34,228 nt of DNA. Source: Candidatus Omnitrophota bacterium (GTDB lineage Bacteria; Omnitrophota; Gorgyraeia; S143-82). A program made the translations under genes and the position numbers. The number at the start of each line of letters is the position of its first letter. The first letter of the stretch is position 1. Of this stretch, positions 1 to 7,665 are shown one piece after another. The stretch covers positions 1 to 34,228 of the forward strand of contig JALVWL010000169.1 of NCBI GenBank assembly GCA_027034965.1. The letters are read 5' to 3'. The notes beneath the pieces were generated by a model, which had not been told where the DNA came from, made no database searches, and worked only from the letters and a program-made list of their open reading frames with translations.

Positions 1-423
1 AACCACCTTTATTCCCATGCTCCTTGCCGTTCCTTCAACCATCCTAACCGCTGCCTCCAGATCCATAGCATTCATATCCTGCATCTTCTGCTTGGCAATC
101 TCCTCTACCTTGTCCCTGGTTATCTGGGCAATGGTCTCTCTGCCCGCAGTACCAGAGGCCTTTGCTATAGCGCATGCCTTTTTTATCAACACAGAGGTAG
201 GAGGGCTCTTTATAATAAAATCAAAACTCCTATCCTCATAGACATTTATGACCACGGGCAAAATAAGACCTGGCTCTTTATCCCTGGTCTTATCATTAAA
301 ATCCTTAACAAAGGCACCTATATTGACCCCATGTTGTCCCAATGCAGGTCCCACAGGTGGTGCAGGGGTAGCCTGTCCTGCTGGTATCTGAAGTTTTATC
401 TGAGCAACCACATTCTTTGCCAT
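1..423 (-). CDS. rplK: 50S ribosomal protein L11; the 3' end runs off the window, with 141 codons present
   Basis: The minus frame from the ATG at 423-421 reads [35 protein letters not shown]... and reaches ...[11 protein letters not shown] at base 1. It is absent from the ORF track because no stop lies in the window. The gene follows secE-nusG, as in the classical cluster. Confidence 0.9.
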   Translation of the reverse strand, partial: MAKNVVAQIKLQIPAGQATPAPPVGPALGQHGVNIGAFVKDFNDKTRDKEPGLILPVVINVYEDRSFDFIIKSPPTSVLIKKACAIAKASGTAGRETIAQITRDKVEEIAKQKMQDMNAMDLEAAVRMVEGTARSMGIKVV

Positions 424-440
424 AAGCTATCTCCTTAATT

Positions 441-971
441 CTATATCTTCTCTACCTGCCAGAACTCTAACTCTACTGGTGTGGTCCTACCAAATATAGC
501 AACTGAGACCTTTACCTTTCCCTTATCAGGATATACTTCATCTATAACCCCACTAAAATTAAGAAAGGGTCCTTCAACCACACGCACTGCCTCTCCGGGA
601 AAGAACATTACTTTAGGAGTCGGTTTCTCCTGGGCCTCCTCACTACGACGCATAATCTCATTAACCTCTTTTTCTGTAAGAGGCGTAGGTTTATTCCCAG
701 CCCCTATAAAACCAGTAACTCCAGGGGTATTTCTTATCGCATACCAGGTCTCTTCATCCAGGTCCACCTCAACCAGTATGTATCCTGGGAAAAACTTTCT
801 TTCGGTTATCCTCTTCTGTCCCTTCTTTACCTCAGAGACCTGCTCCGTAGGAATAAATACCTTTGAAACCTTATCCCCCAATCCAAGCGTTTTTATCCTA
901 TGCTCTAACAAGGCCTTGACCTTATACTCGGAACCTGTTTGTGTATGCAGTACGTACCAGCGTCTTGCCAT
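441..971 (-). CDS. nusG: Transcription termination/antitermination factor NusG
   Basis: This 176-aa ORF has an N-terminal NGN-like MARRWYVLHTQTGSEYKV and a C-terminal KOW-like GEAVRVVEGPFLNFSGVIDEV. It lies between secE and rplK. Confidence 0.92.
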   Translation of the reverse strand: MARRWYVLHTQTGSEYKVKALLEHRIKTLGLGDKVSKVFIPTEQVSEVKKGQKRITERKFFPGYILVEVDLDEETWYAIRNTPGVTGFIGAGNKPTPLTEKEVNEIMRRSEEAQEKPTPKVMFFPGEAVRVVEGPFLNFSGVIDEVYPDKGKVKVSVAIFGRTTPVELEFWQVEKI

Positions 972-975
972 AAAG

Positions 976-1161
976 CTACCTCAATATAAAATTAATTACC
1001 TTTAATATAATATAATCAACTATTCCCAAATAGGCCGCTAACAAAAATGTTACAAACAAAACCAGGGATGAGGAGACCAAGAGCTGCCTGCGAGACGGCC
1101 ATGAGACCCGCTTTAACTCTGCCCTTACTGCTCCTATAAAATCCCTTACTTTCGCTATCAT
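976..1161 (-). CDS. secE: Preprotein translocase subunit SecE
   Basis: A 61-aa protein reads MIAKVRDFIGAVRAELKRVSWPSRRQL followed by one hydrophobic helix. It ends 4 nt before the nusG start. Confidence 0.85.
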   Translation of the reverse strand: MIAKVRDFIGAVRAELKRVSWPSRRQLLVSSSLVLFVTFLLAAYLGIVDYIILKVINFILR

Positions 1162-1180
1162 ATCCAGCCATTCTCTTTAC

Positions 1181-1254
1181 CAGGCCTGGAGGGATTCGAA
1201 CCCCCAACCCGCGGTTTTGGAGACCGCCGCTCTGCCAGTTAGAGCTACAGGCCT
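1181..1254 (-). tRNA. tRNA-Trp (anticodon CCA), 74 nt, CCA end not encoded
   Basis: Hand-folded cloverleaf. The acceptor is AGGCCTG/CAGGCCT and the D arm is GCTC..GAGC. The anticodon stem GCGGT/ACCGC carries the loop CTCCAAA. The T arm is GGGGG-TTCGAAT-CCCTC and the discriminator is G. Confidence 0.9.
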
Positions 1255-1408
1255 ATTTTTTCTTTACCTCTCTGTGGACCGTATGTTTACGGCAATACTT
1301 ACAATATTTGCGTAGCTCCAACCGCTCAGTATTCGTGCGCTTATTCTTCGTATAATGATAATTCCTATTTTTACACTCAGTACATTCCAAAGAAATTGGC
1401 TCTCTCAT
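1253..1408 (-). CDS. rpmG: 50S ribosomal protein L33 (C4 zinc-ribbon type), 51 aa
   Basis: Hand translation gives [51 protein letters not shown] followed by TAG. CxxC...CxxC and NKRT/LELRKYC are typical of L33. The ORF is below the size cutoff of the ORF track. Confidence 0.88.
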   Translation of the reverse strand: MREPISLECTECKNRNYHYTKNKRTNTERLELRKYCKYCRKHTVHREVKKK

Positions 1409-1431
1409 ACCTGACTACCCTTTCCTGTTCA

Positions 1432-1504
1432 AGCCCACGACCGGATTTGAACCGGTGACCTCATCCTTACCAAGGATGTGCTCTGCCTACTGAGCTACGT
1501 GGGC
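1432..1504 (-). tRNA. tRNA-Thr (anticodon GGU), 73 nt
   Basis: Hand-folded cloverleaf. The acceptor is GCCCACG/CGTGGGC and the D arm is GCTC-AGTAGGCA-GAGC. The anticodon stem CATCC/GGATG carries the loop TTGGTAA. The T arm is ACCGG-TTCAAAT-CCGGT and the discriminator is T. Confidence 0.9.
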
Positions 1505-1533
1505 ACAATAAACCCCGGCACGGATAAGCCTTG

Positions 1534-1562
1534 ATTTTATAAGGCAAAGCAAGGTATGTCAA
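1534..1562 (-). promoter_or_regulatory. Sigma-70-type promoter candidate for the tRNA-Thr/rpmG/tRNA-Trp/secE/nusG/rplK unit
   Basis: On the minus strand a -35 TTGACA (1562-1557) is followed by an exact 17-nt spacer and a -10 TAAAAT (1539-1534). This lies about 30 nt upstream of the tRNA-Thr 5' end. Confidence 0.55.
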
Positions 1563-1586
1563 GAAAAAAAATATATTGCAGATCAA

Positions 1587-3149
1587 CTAACCTTTAATAA
1601 GCTTATACTCAACACTATCGATCAGTGCCTGCCAGGATGCCTCTATAATATTTTCTGAGACACCTATAGTAGTCCAGGACTCCTCACTATCCTGAGACTG
1701 TATCAAGACCCTGACCTTGGCAGCCGTTCCTTCACTGCCGTCAAGGACCCTGACCTTAAAGTCAGTCAAATGCATATCCTCTATCTGTGGATAAAACTTT
1801 TTAAGGGCCTGCCTGAGGGCAAAGTCAAGGGCATTGACAGGGCCATCTCCTTCTGCTACTGTATATTCGACCTTATCCTTTACCTTTATCTTGATAGTGG
1901 CCTCTGTCAAAATCTCTCCATCCTTTCGTTTCTCCACAATCACCCTGAAACCAAGCAGATCAAAGAATGGCGTTCTCCTCTTTACCTCGCGATGTAGCAA
2001 GACCTTAAAAGATGCCTCTGCTACTTCAAAATGGTATCCTTCGTATTCTAGGCGCTGAAGCAGGGCCATCACCTTATCTGCCTCAGCAGACTTCCTATCG
2101 AGCTCTATATCCATTTCCTTGGCACGCATTGAGAGAGAAGACCTGCCGGCCAACTCAGAGACCAGTATGCGTCTTTCATTACCCACGATCTCTGGATTGA
2201 TGTGTTCATATGTGCGAGGATTTTTCATAACTGCATTTATATGGACACCACCTTTATGGGCAAAGGCACTCCTACCCACAAATGGATGATTATTGGGTAG
2301 TTGCATATTAGCCACCTCTGCTATAAAATGGCTCACCTCTGTGAGTCTGGCCAGGGTTCGCTTTTTGATAGTAGGAACCTTTAGCTTAGCGCCAAGGACA
2401 CCGATAATCGTGGTAAGATTGGCATTCCCGCAACGTTCTCCATAACCATTCATCGTACCCTGCACCTGGACAGCCCCACATTCAACCGCTGCAATGGAAT
2501 TGGCCACCGCAAGCCCGCAATCATTATGGGAATGTATACCTATCGGGATAGACAATTTCCCCTTTACCTCATTTATTATAGCCACTACTTCGGAAGGCAA
2601 CGTACCACCATTGGTATCGCAGAGCACCACTATCTCGGCCCCGGCTGCCTCAGCGGCCTTTAAGGTATCAAGCGCATAAGCTGGATTGTCTTTGTATCCA
2701 TCGAAAAAGTGTTCTGCATCATAGAAGACTCTGATATTATGACGAACAAGATATTTTATAGAATCCTCTATCATCTTTAGATTTTCGGATAGGGGTATCT
2801 TAAATACATCTCTTACATGAAGGTCCCAGGTCTTGCCAAATATGGTAACTATCTCCACACCGCTTTGCAGGAATGCCTTTAAGTTTTTGTCCCTGCTGGC
2901 AGGATTATCTGCCCTCCGAGTGGACCCAAAGGCAACAACCTTCGCAGATTTAAGATTAAGATCCTTTACTCTTTTAAAATACTCCATATCCTTTGGATTA
3001 GAACCAGGCCAACCTCCTTCTATATAATGAATGCCAAGTTCATCAAGCTTTTCTGTAATCCTCAACTTGTCTTCAACAGAGAAGGAGATACCCTCACTCT
3101 GAGACCCATCCCTTAAAGTTGTGTCGTAAAGTTCTACTCTGTACTGCAT
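1587..3149 (-). CDS. cimA: Citramalate synthase-type member of the LeuA/HMGL family (isoleucine pathway via citramalate)
   Basis: This 520-aa ORF has an N-terminal [36 protein letters not shown] metal-site motifs and a C-terminal LeuA-dimer-like regulatory domain. Its length and N-terminus resemble CimA-type enzymes more than classical LeuA. Confidence 0.7.
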   Translation of the reverse strand: MQYRVELYDTTLRDGSQSEGISFSVEDKLRITEKLDELGIHYIEGGWPGSNPKDMEYFKRVKDLNLKSAKVVAFGSTRRADNPASRDKNLKAFLQSGVEIVTIFGKTWDLHVRDVFKIPLSENLKMIEDSIKYLVRHNIRVFYDAEHFFDGYKDNPAYALDTLKAAEAAGAEIVVLCDTNGGTLPSEVVAIINEVKGKLSIPIGIHSHNDCGLAVANSIAAVECGAVQVQGTMNGYGERCGNANLTTIIGVLGAKLKVPTIKKRTLARLTEVSHFIAEVANMQLPNNHPFVGRSAFAHKGGVHINAVMKNPRTYEHINPEIVGNERRILVSELAGRSSLSMRAKEMDIELDRKSAEADKVMALLQRLEYEGYHFEVAEASFKVLLHREVKRRTPFFDLLGFRVIVEKRKDGEILTEATIKIKVKDKVEYTVAEGDGPVNALDFALRQALKKFYPQIEDMHLTDFKVRVLDGSEGTAAKVRVLIQSQDSEESWTTIGVSENIIEASWQALIDSVEYKLIKG

Positions 3150-3158
3150 AATCCCAAA

Positions 3159-3674
3159 TTACCTCTTCGTCTCTTCCAATCGATTAATAATTCGATTCAT
3201 TATACCCCTCAGGCTAAAACCATAATCGAAGACATATCCATCCTTATCGATAACAACTATCGTAGGCACACCACGAATTCCGTACATATAGCCAACAACC
3301 CCATCTCTATCTATCCCCACAGGAAAGGTTATTCCCCTGGCATCTAGGTAATTTTTTACCTTTCCAATATCCTGCTCCAGGGCAACTCCACAAAACTTAA
3401 TCTCATTTCCATATTGACTATTATAATCATTCATATCAGTAATGGCCCTGGCACAATGTGGACACCAGGTTGTCCAGAACAATATCACGGTAAACTCCTT
3501 ATCTTCAAGGGCCTTCCCAATGATACAGTCCTGGCCCGACTGGATATTTACAGGTGCTAAACGGAACTCCGGGGCCTTTATCTTGTCATCCAATACCTGC
3601 CCATAAGCCAAATACAGCTGTCCTCCTATACTCAACATTGTCCAAAGTATAATCAACACTATATTCTTCACCAT
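3159..3674 (-). CDS. Membrane-anchored thiol:disulfide oxidoreductase (TlpA/ResA-like thioredoxin fold)
   Basis: The sequence has a WCPHC active site (FWTTWCPHCARA), a signal-anchor MVKNIVLIILWTMLSIGG and a cis-Pro region GIRGVPTIVVID. I chose the ATG at 3674 (AGGGAGG just upstream) instead of the track start at 3755. It overlaps the ccdA stop by 7 nt. Confidence 0.8.
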   Translation of the reverse strand: MVKNIVLIILWTMLSIGGQLYLAYGQVLDDKIKAPEFRLAPVNIQSGQDCIIGKALEDKEFTVILFWTTWCPHCARAITDMNDYNSQYGNEIKFCGVALEQDIGKVKNYLDARGITFPVGIDRDGVVGYMYGIRGVPTIVVIDKDGYVFDYGFSLRGIMNRIINRLEETKR

Positions 3675-4330
3675 AACCTCCCTGCTCTGAATGTAAAATA
3701 TACCCCTAATAGGAATAAAAGCCAAGCGAAAAGCGAATAAATTAGATTCATCCAATTTCCAGGCCTTGGCACTGACTTCATTGCACCTACCAAAACCGAA
3801 ATCAACAGATATACGCTGCCCATCCCAAGTGAGAATATAAACAACAAGACAGCTCCCAATACCGGTCCCATCTGTTTGCCTGCGATATAAGACAATATAG
3901 TAAGTACAATTGGGGTACTGCAGGCAGTCGCCATAATACCAGCCCCTGCCCCAAGTATCAATGACTCTATAAAACCTAATTCCTCTTCTACCTTCTGGGA
4001 AAATCTAAGAAAAGGCAGCTTAATTATGTCCCAATAGTGAAATGCTCCAATAAAGCATACGCCCGACATAAATAAATATATCCAGGGACTGCCGGCCCAT
4101 TTGCCTAGGAAAACACCTGCCAATCCAGCCAATAATCCAAGGCCTGTATATACACTGCTAAGCCCAAGGATAAAGCCCAAGGAATATAGGAAGACCTCCT
4201 TCCAGTTCTTTGCATTGGTACCGATAAAACCTATAATCAATGGGATAACCGGATAGACGCAGGGTGTCAGACTAGCCAACATCCCGGCCCCAAAACAGGA
4301 CGCAGCGAAAAGGATAATATTCATATCCAT
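3668..4330 (-). CDS. ccdA: Cytochrome c biogenesis / thiol reductant transporter CcdA (DsbD family)
   Basis: This polytopic membrane protein carries the two conserved Cys motifs LTPCVYPVIP and ATACSTPIVL. The track start at 4336 is a TTG, so the ATG at 4330 (MDMNIILF) is preferred. Confidence 0.8.
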   Translation of the reverse strand: MDMNIILFAASCFGAGMLASLTPCVYPVIPLIIGFIGTNAKNWKEVFLYSLGFILGLSSVYTGLGLLAGLAGVFLGKWAGSPWIYLFMSGVCFIGAFHYWDIIKLPFLRFSQKVEEELGFIESLILGAGAGIMATACSTPIVLTILSYIAGKQMGPVLGAVLLFIFSLGMGSVYLLISVLVGAMKSVPRPGNWMNLIYSLFAWLLFLLGVYFTFRAGRLW

Positions 4331-4376
4331 ATGCAATACCCTTTCAGTATCTTCTATATCATCATCTCGACTTACA

Positions 4377-4600
4377 CATTAAACCCGGATTATCCCGGAT
4401 TATGCATTAAAATCCTTCATCTTCCATCACTTGGTTAATCAAACATCTCTTTTCTTATCTAAAAATAAGCATGAAGAATGGAGCATGGAGAATGAAGGAA
4501 ATTTTTCATTAAGAAGGAAAAATATCCTAGTAAATAAAAATCCTTCATGCTCCCTTCTTCCTCCTCCATTCTCAAAACTTGAGTTGTGGTTTTTAGTTTT
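4377..4600. repeat. Intergenic repeat module, copy A (hairpin-forming, built from heptamer repeats)
   Basis: Copy A is collinear with 33494-33692. They share a 14-mer ccggattatgcatt (4395-4408) and an 81-nt core 4471-4551 that is 77/81 identical to 33572-33652. They also share cattctcaaaactt and gtttttagtt tails. Arms 4467-4499 and 4541-4573 are 24/33 complementary around a 41-nt loop. Confidence 0.9.
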
Positions 4601-4631
4601 GCGTTTTGAGTTTCTATTGCATATTTCGAAA

Positions 4632-5186
4632 TCATTTCTTCGTCAAGTCTTTTATATATACAAGCTTATTTGGGACAAAACCCCTATTCAAATAGGGCCG
4701 AATAACATAATCAGCACTCAAGGTATACACATAGGCAGGCAGGCTATATATATGTTTAGCCAATCTAGTCTTCTCGATAGAGCCCTCCAGGGCTTTCCAG
4801 GGAGACAGGTATATCCAGAAGGTAAACAGAGATGCACTTAATATACCAGCAATAGAACCAAGGACTATACCGAATAATTTTTCAAAGAGGCTTACCTGAC
4901 TGCCAGCAAGAAAGAATAGCAGCAACTCCCGAAATAATCGTATTACTATCATCAGACCAGTAAACAGTAATCCGAAGGCAATAAAATCGCCAAAACCTGT
5001 CGGAAGAACCGGCATCTTGACCTTAACAATATCTGTAACACGAGGATAAAAATGCAACGAAAATAAGAGGATAAACAACACTGCTATAACATTGTATATC
5101 CCGACTAGAAGTCCCCGCTTCACAGCGCTCAAAATAGATATCACAATCACAAGTAATATCAATGCATCCACAACTACGCTTATCAT
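4632..5186 (-). CDS. cvpA: CvpA-family integral membrane protein
   Basis: This 184-aa protein has four predicted TM helices and an N-terminus MISVVVDALILLVIVISILSAVKRGLL typical of the colicin V production (CvpA) family. A GGAGGTGA Shine-Dalgarno sequence lies 4 nt upstream. Confidence 0.6.
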   Translation of the reverse strand: MISVVVDALILLVIVISILSAVKRGLLVGIYNVIAVLFILLFSLHFYPRVTDIVKVKMPVLPTGFGDFIAFGLLFTGLMIVIRLFRELLLFFLAGSQVSLFEKLFGIVLGSIAGILSASLFTFWIYLSPWKALEGSIEKTRLAKHIYSLPAYVYTLSADYVIRPYLNRGFVPNKLVYIKDLTKK

Positions 5187-5190
5187 ATAT

Positions 5191-5754
5191 TCACCTCCTC
5201 AGCAAAAGGCTCAAGACCTCATTCCGTGTCTTCTCGTTCTCTCTAAAGATGCCTCTCACTGCACTTGTAATAACCAGCGAGCCTGGTTTTCTCACTCCCC
5301 TCATACTCATACACAAATGCTCTGCCTCTATTACTACCATAACACCGATCGGTTTCAACCTGTTCTCTATGCTCTCGGCAATCTGGGTGGTCAGCCTTTC
5401 CTGGAGTTGCGGCCTCTTCGAAAACAGTTCTGCAACCTTGATTATCTTGCTTAGGCCAGCAATCCTTCCCCTCCCAGGCAAATAGGCAATGTGTATCTTG
5501 CCCATAAACGGCAAGAGATGGTGCTCACACATCGAATGAAAGGCGATGTCCCTTATGAGCACGACTTCATCATGCCTCTCTTCCAGGGCGACATCCAAAA
5601 CAGAGGCCGCATCAACACCTATACCTGCGAATATCTCCTCAAACATATCCGCCACTCGTTGGGGCGTCTTTAATAACTCTGCCCTGTCAGGGTCCTCTCC
5701 TATTCCCTCCAGGATTAATCGCACTCCTTGTTGTATCTTTTCTTTATCCATCAT
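5191..5754 (-). CDS. folE: GTP cyclohydrolase I
   Basis: This 187-aa protein has TPQRVADMFEEIF, HSMCEHHLLPFMGKIHIAYLP and HLCMSMRGV motifs, which include the FolE zinc-site residues. Confidence 0.92.
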   Translation of the reverse strand: MMDKEKIQQGVRLILEGIGEDPDRAELLKTPQRVADMFEEIFAGIGVDAASVLDVALEERHDEVVLIRDIAFHSMCEHHLLPFMGKIHIAYLPGRGRIAGLSKIIKVAELFSKRPQLQERLTTQIAESIENRLKPIGVMVVIEAEHLCMSMRGVRKPGSLVITSAVRGIFRENEKTRNEVLSLLLRR

Positions 5755-6737
5755 AGTGTCATCATCCCAAGTACAGGCGTAAGTTCTTGTAGGTGCTCAA
5801 CCGTAAAATTATGAACCTCTGGATCCGAAGATAGGAGCCTGCTTTCAGGGAAATTTAACAATTGAATATCGAGGTCCAATCTATCTGCCAAGAATTCCAA
5901 TAATCCCCTTAAATTGGCAGTTCCCCCTGTCAATATCAATTTCTCTGGCATCTCACCAAACTGACTTTCATAGTAGTCTATCGATATATATATCTCATCG
6001 GCGATGTGATTCAACACCCTATTGGCAAGGGTAACCACATCCGCTACTGCACTTTCTCCTTTCTTTATCGTCTCGGCAACATTCATAGCCACATCTAATC
6101 TATCCCGAATAAGGATATCTATATCTACACCACCAATCGCGACTGTCCGAATAAAATTTATCTTATCCTCATCCAGAATCATTATATTGGTAGAGCTCTT
6201 CCCTATATCAACTACACAGATAGGCTTCTCCTCTAGAGGATATACAAGGGATACCAGATTTGCGGTTAATGCAGACTCAAAGGTTATCAATCTCGCCCGA
6301 TAACCTGCATTGTAAATCGCCCTTTCAAACGACATCAAAACCGCTCTATCTATAGCTACCAAAAGAACCGGTGTCTTTACAAGACTTCCTTCATCAAATG
6401 AAACTGCCTCGATAACCGCATCTTTTATGCGGCTAGGGATATACCTGGCCGCCTCAGAGGCCACAACCGCCTCCAGTCTCCTTTTGGGGACATTAGGAAA
6501 ACTGGCATACCTGAACAAAAAATAACTAGAAGGTATGGAAACATTTAAGACCGCGCTTCTTATGTCCAGCTCCCAGAGGGCATCTTTTATCGCAGAAGAG
6601 AGATTCTTAAATATATCTATACCCGCATCATAGGGCACAATAGATACTGCATCTATAATGAATCTACCAGACTTGCGCCTTCCTACCAGCGCCTTTACTG
6701 ATGATGAGCCTATATCCAGGTGCACATTATTCGCCAC
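5751..6737 (-). CDS. PilM-like actin/FtsA-fold protein (type IV pilus assembly PilM family)
   Basis: The N-terminus has DIGSSSVKALVG and the C-terminus has ILTGGTANLRGLLEFLADRL, both typical of PilM. The start is a GTG with an AGGGGGGG Shine-Dalgarno sequence. No pilN/O/P/Q follow it. Confidence 0.6.
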   Translation of the reverse strand: MANNVHLDIGSSSVKALVGRRKSGRFIIDAVSIVPYDAGIDIFKNLSSAIKDALWELDIRSAVLNVSIPSSYFLFRYASFPNVPKRRLEAVVASEAARYIPSRIKDAVIEAVSFDEGSLVKTPVLLVAIDRAVLMSFERAIYNAGYRARLITFESALTANLVSLVYPLEEKPICVVDIGKSSTNIMILDEDKINFIRTVAIGGVDIDILIRDRLDVAMNVAETIKKGESAVADVVTLANRVLNHIADEIYISIDYYESQFGEMPEKLILTGGTANLRGLLEFLADRLDLDIQLLNFPESRLLSSDPEVHNFTVEHLQELTPVLGMMTL

Positions 6738-7554
6738 TATCCCCCCCTACAAAACTACTCCTTACAAACGGACCCGACCATACAAAAGAAAATCCCATCT
6801 CCAGGGCCTGTCTTCTTATATAATCAAATTCCCTTTCATTATAATACTTTCGCACTGGATAATTAAGCCCATTTTTGGGCGGCAGATATTGGCCAATGCA
6901 AACTGCCCGACAACCCGTTTCATATATATCTCTCAAGACATCCATTATCTCTGAAAACTCCTCGCCCAACCCCAGCATTATAGAAGACTTTACTATAGCC
7001 CTGGAATTCTCAGCCAGGAATCTTATAACATTCAAGGATCTCTTATAGTCCGATAACGGGCGAATGATAGGATAGAGCCTTGCGATTGTCTCCATATTAT
7101 GACCTATTATATCTACATCCAAGGATGTTATCCTATAAAGCAGTGCTTCATCTCCCAGGAAATCCGGGATCAAGAGTTCTATTTTCAGAAAAGGGAATCG
7201 CGCCCTCAACACACTAACCATCTCAATGAAATGTCCAGCCCCATAATCAGGCAAGTCATCTCGAGTTACAGATGTAATAACCAGAAATTCCAGACCCAAT
7301 CTTTCCACCAGATTAGAGACTGCCTCTATCTCATAGGAAAAATGCCTATCTCCTCTTGCGGACTTTCTAACCCCACAAAACTTACAAGTCCTGGTACAGG
7401 TCTGGCCAAGAATAAGCACAGAGACCCGCTTAGAGGAAAAACACTGGGGTCTATTCGGGCAGGAACCAGAAACACAGATGGTAGAGACAGAGAGCTGGGC
7501 AAGGCCCTGAATCATCGACTCGAGATTTTCGGAATTAATGAGACGAACCTTCAT
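6727..7554 (-). CDS. lipA: Lipoyl synthase (radical SAM)
   Basis: An auxiliary cluster motif CX4CX5C (CVSGSCPNRPQC) is followed by the radical-SAM motif CTRTCKFC. The protein is 275 aa. Confidence 0.88.
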   Translation of the reverse strand: MKVRLINSENLESMIQGLAQLSVSTICVSGSCPNRPQCFSSKRVSVLILGQTCTRTCKFCGVRKSARGDRHFSYEIEAVSNLVERLGLEFLVITSVTRDDLPDYGAGHFIEMVSVLRARFPFLKIELLIPDFLGDEALLYRITSLDVDIIGHNMETIARLYPIIRPLSDYKRSLNVIRFLAENSRAIVKSSIMLGLGEEFSEIMDVLRDIYETGCRAVCIGQYLPPKNGLNYPVRKYYNEREFDYIRRQALEMGFSFVWSGPFVRSSFVGGDSGE

Positions 7555-7665
7555 AACTTATAAAATCACAACCGAGTTCACAGGTTCATTACACGGAAAT
7601 TCACATAGTACCAGACCAACAATGCCATCAGGAAGGAAATCACCAGCAGGCCTATATTACTCCAC

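Noticed and set aside
1016-1207. Alternative-frame minus-strand ORFs (1016-1207, 8678-8878, 10241-10432, 16190-16417, 22864-23061)
   Set aside because: They are nested in a different frame inside well-supported genes (secE/tRNA-Trp, argF, argD, HDOD, glgA) and have no motifs.
1181-1504. tRNA genes as integration hot-spots for a genomic island or prophage
   Set aside because: No integrase, direct repeat of a tRNA 3' end, or phage-like genes flank either tRNA. The neighbours are the conserved ribosomal/secE/nusG cluster and cimA.
3675-3755. Upstream-extended ORF starts given by the track (3755, 4336, 21689, 26053, 27667, 30185, 30595, 32363, 33477)
   Set aside because: Several of these are TTG or GTG codons. 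They add non-conserved N-terminal residues that overlap the preceding gene. Downstream ATGs with good Shine-Dalgarno spacing give N-termini that match the family consensus.
4337-4360. A sigma-54 promoter (GG-N10-GC) upstream of ccdA around ctgaaagggtattgcat
   Set aside because: Only the TTGCA half matches, the -24 GG is missing, and the element overlaps the start codon.
4461-4551. Small ORFs inside the repeat core. On the minus strand these are MKDFYLLGYFSFLMKNFLHSPCSILHAYF (copy A) and MKDSYLLGSFSFLIKNFLHSPCSILHS (copy B). On the plus strand they are MKNGAWRMKEIF(H/Y). Together they raise a possible leader peptide or type I toxin.
   Set aside because: Of the four nucleotide differences between the copies, three are non-synonymous and one is synonymous. 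There is no properly spaced Shine-Dalgarno sequence, and the hydrophobic stretch is too short for a TM helix. Conservation is better explained at the nucleotide or structure level. The question is still worth a ribosome-profiling look.
4431-4841. A 136-aa plus-strand ORF spanning the ccdA-cvpA gap
   Set aside because: It starts at a TTG, runs through repeat module copy A, and its 3' half is antisense to cvpA. It has no Shine-Dalgarno sequence and no motif. The equivalent region in copy B is not open in the same frame.
7555-7665. The 111-nt cdaA-lipA spacer with three TTCAC-containing direct repeats (gttcacagg, ttcattacacgg, ttcacatag) as an operator or sRNA
   Set aside because: The repeats are short and imperfect. 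I could find no convincing promoter, hairpin or conservation within the window, so this is insufficient to call.
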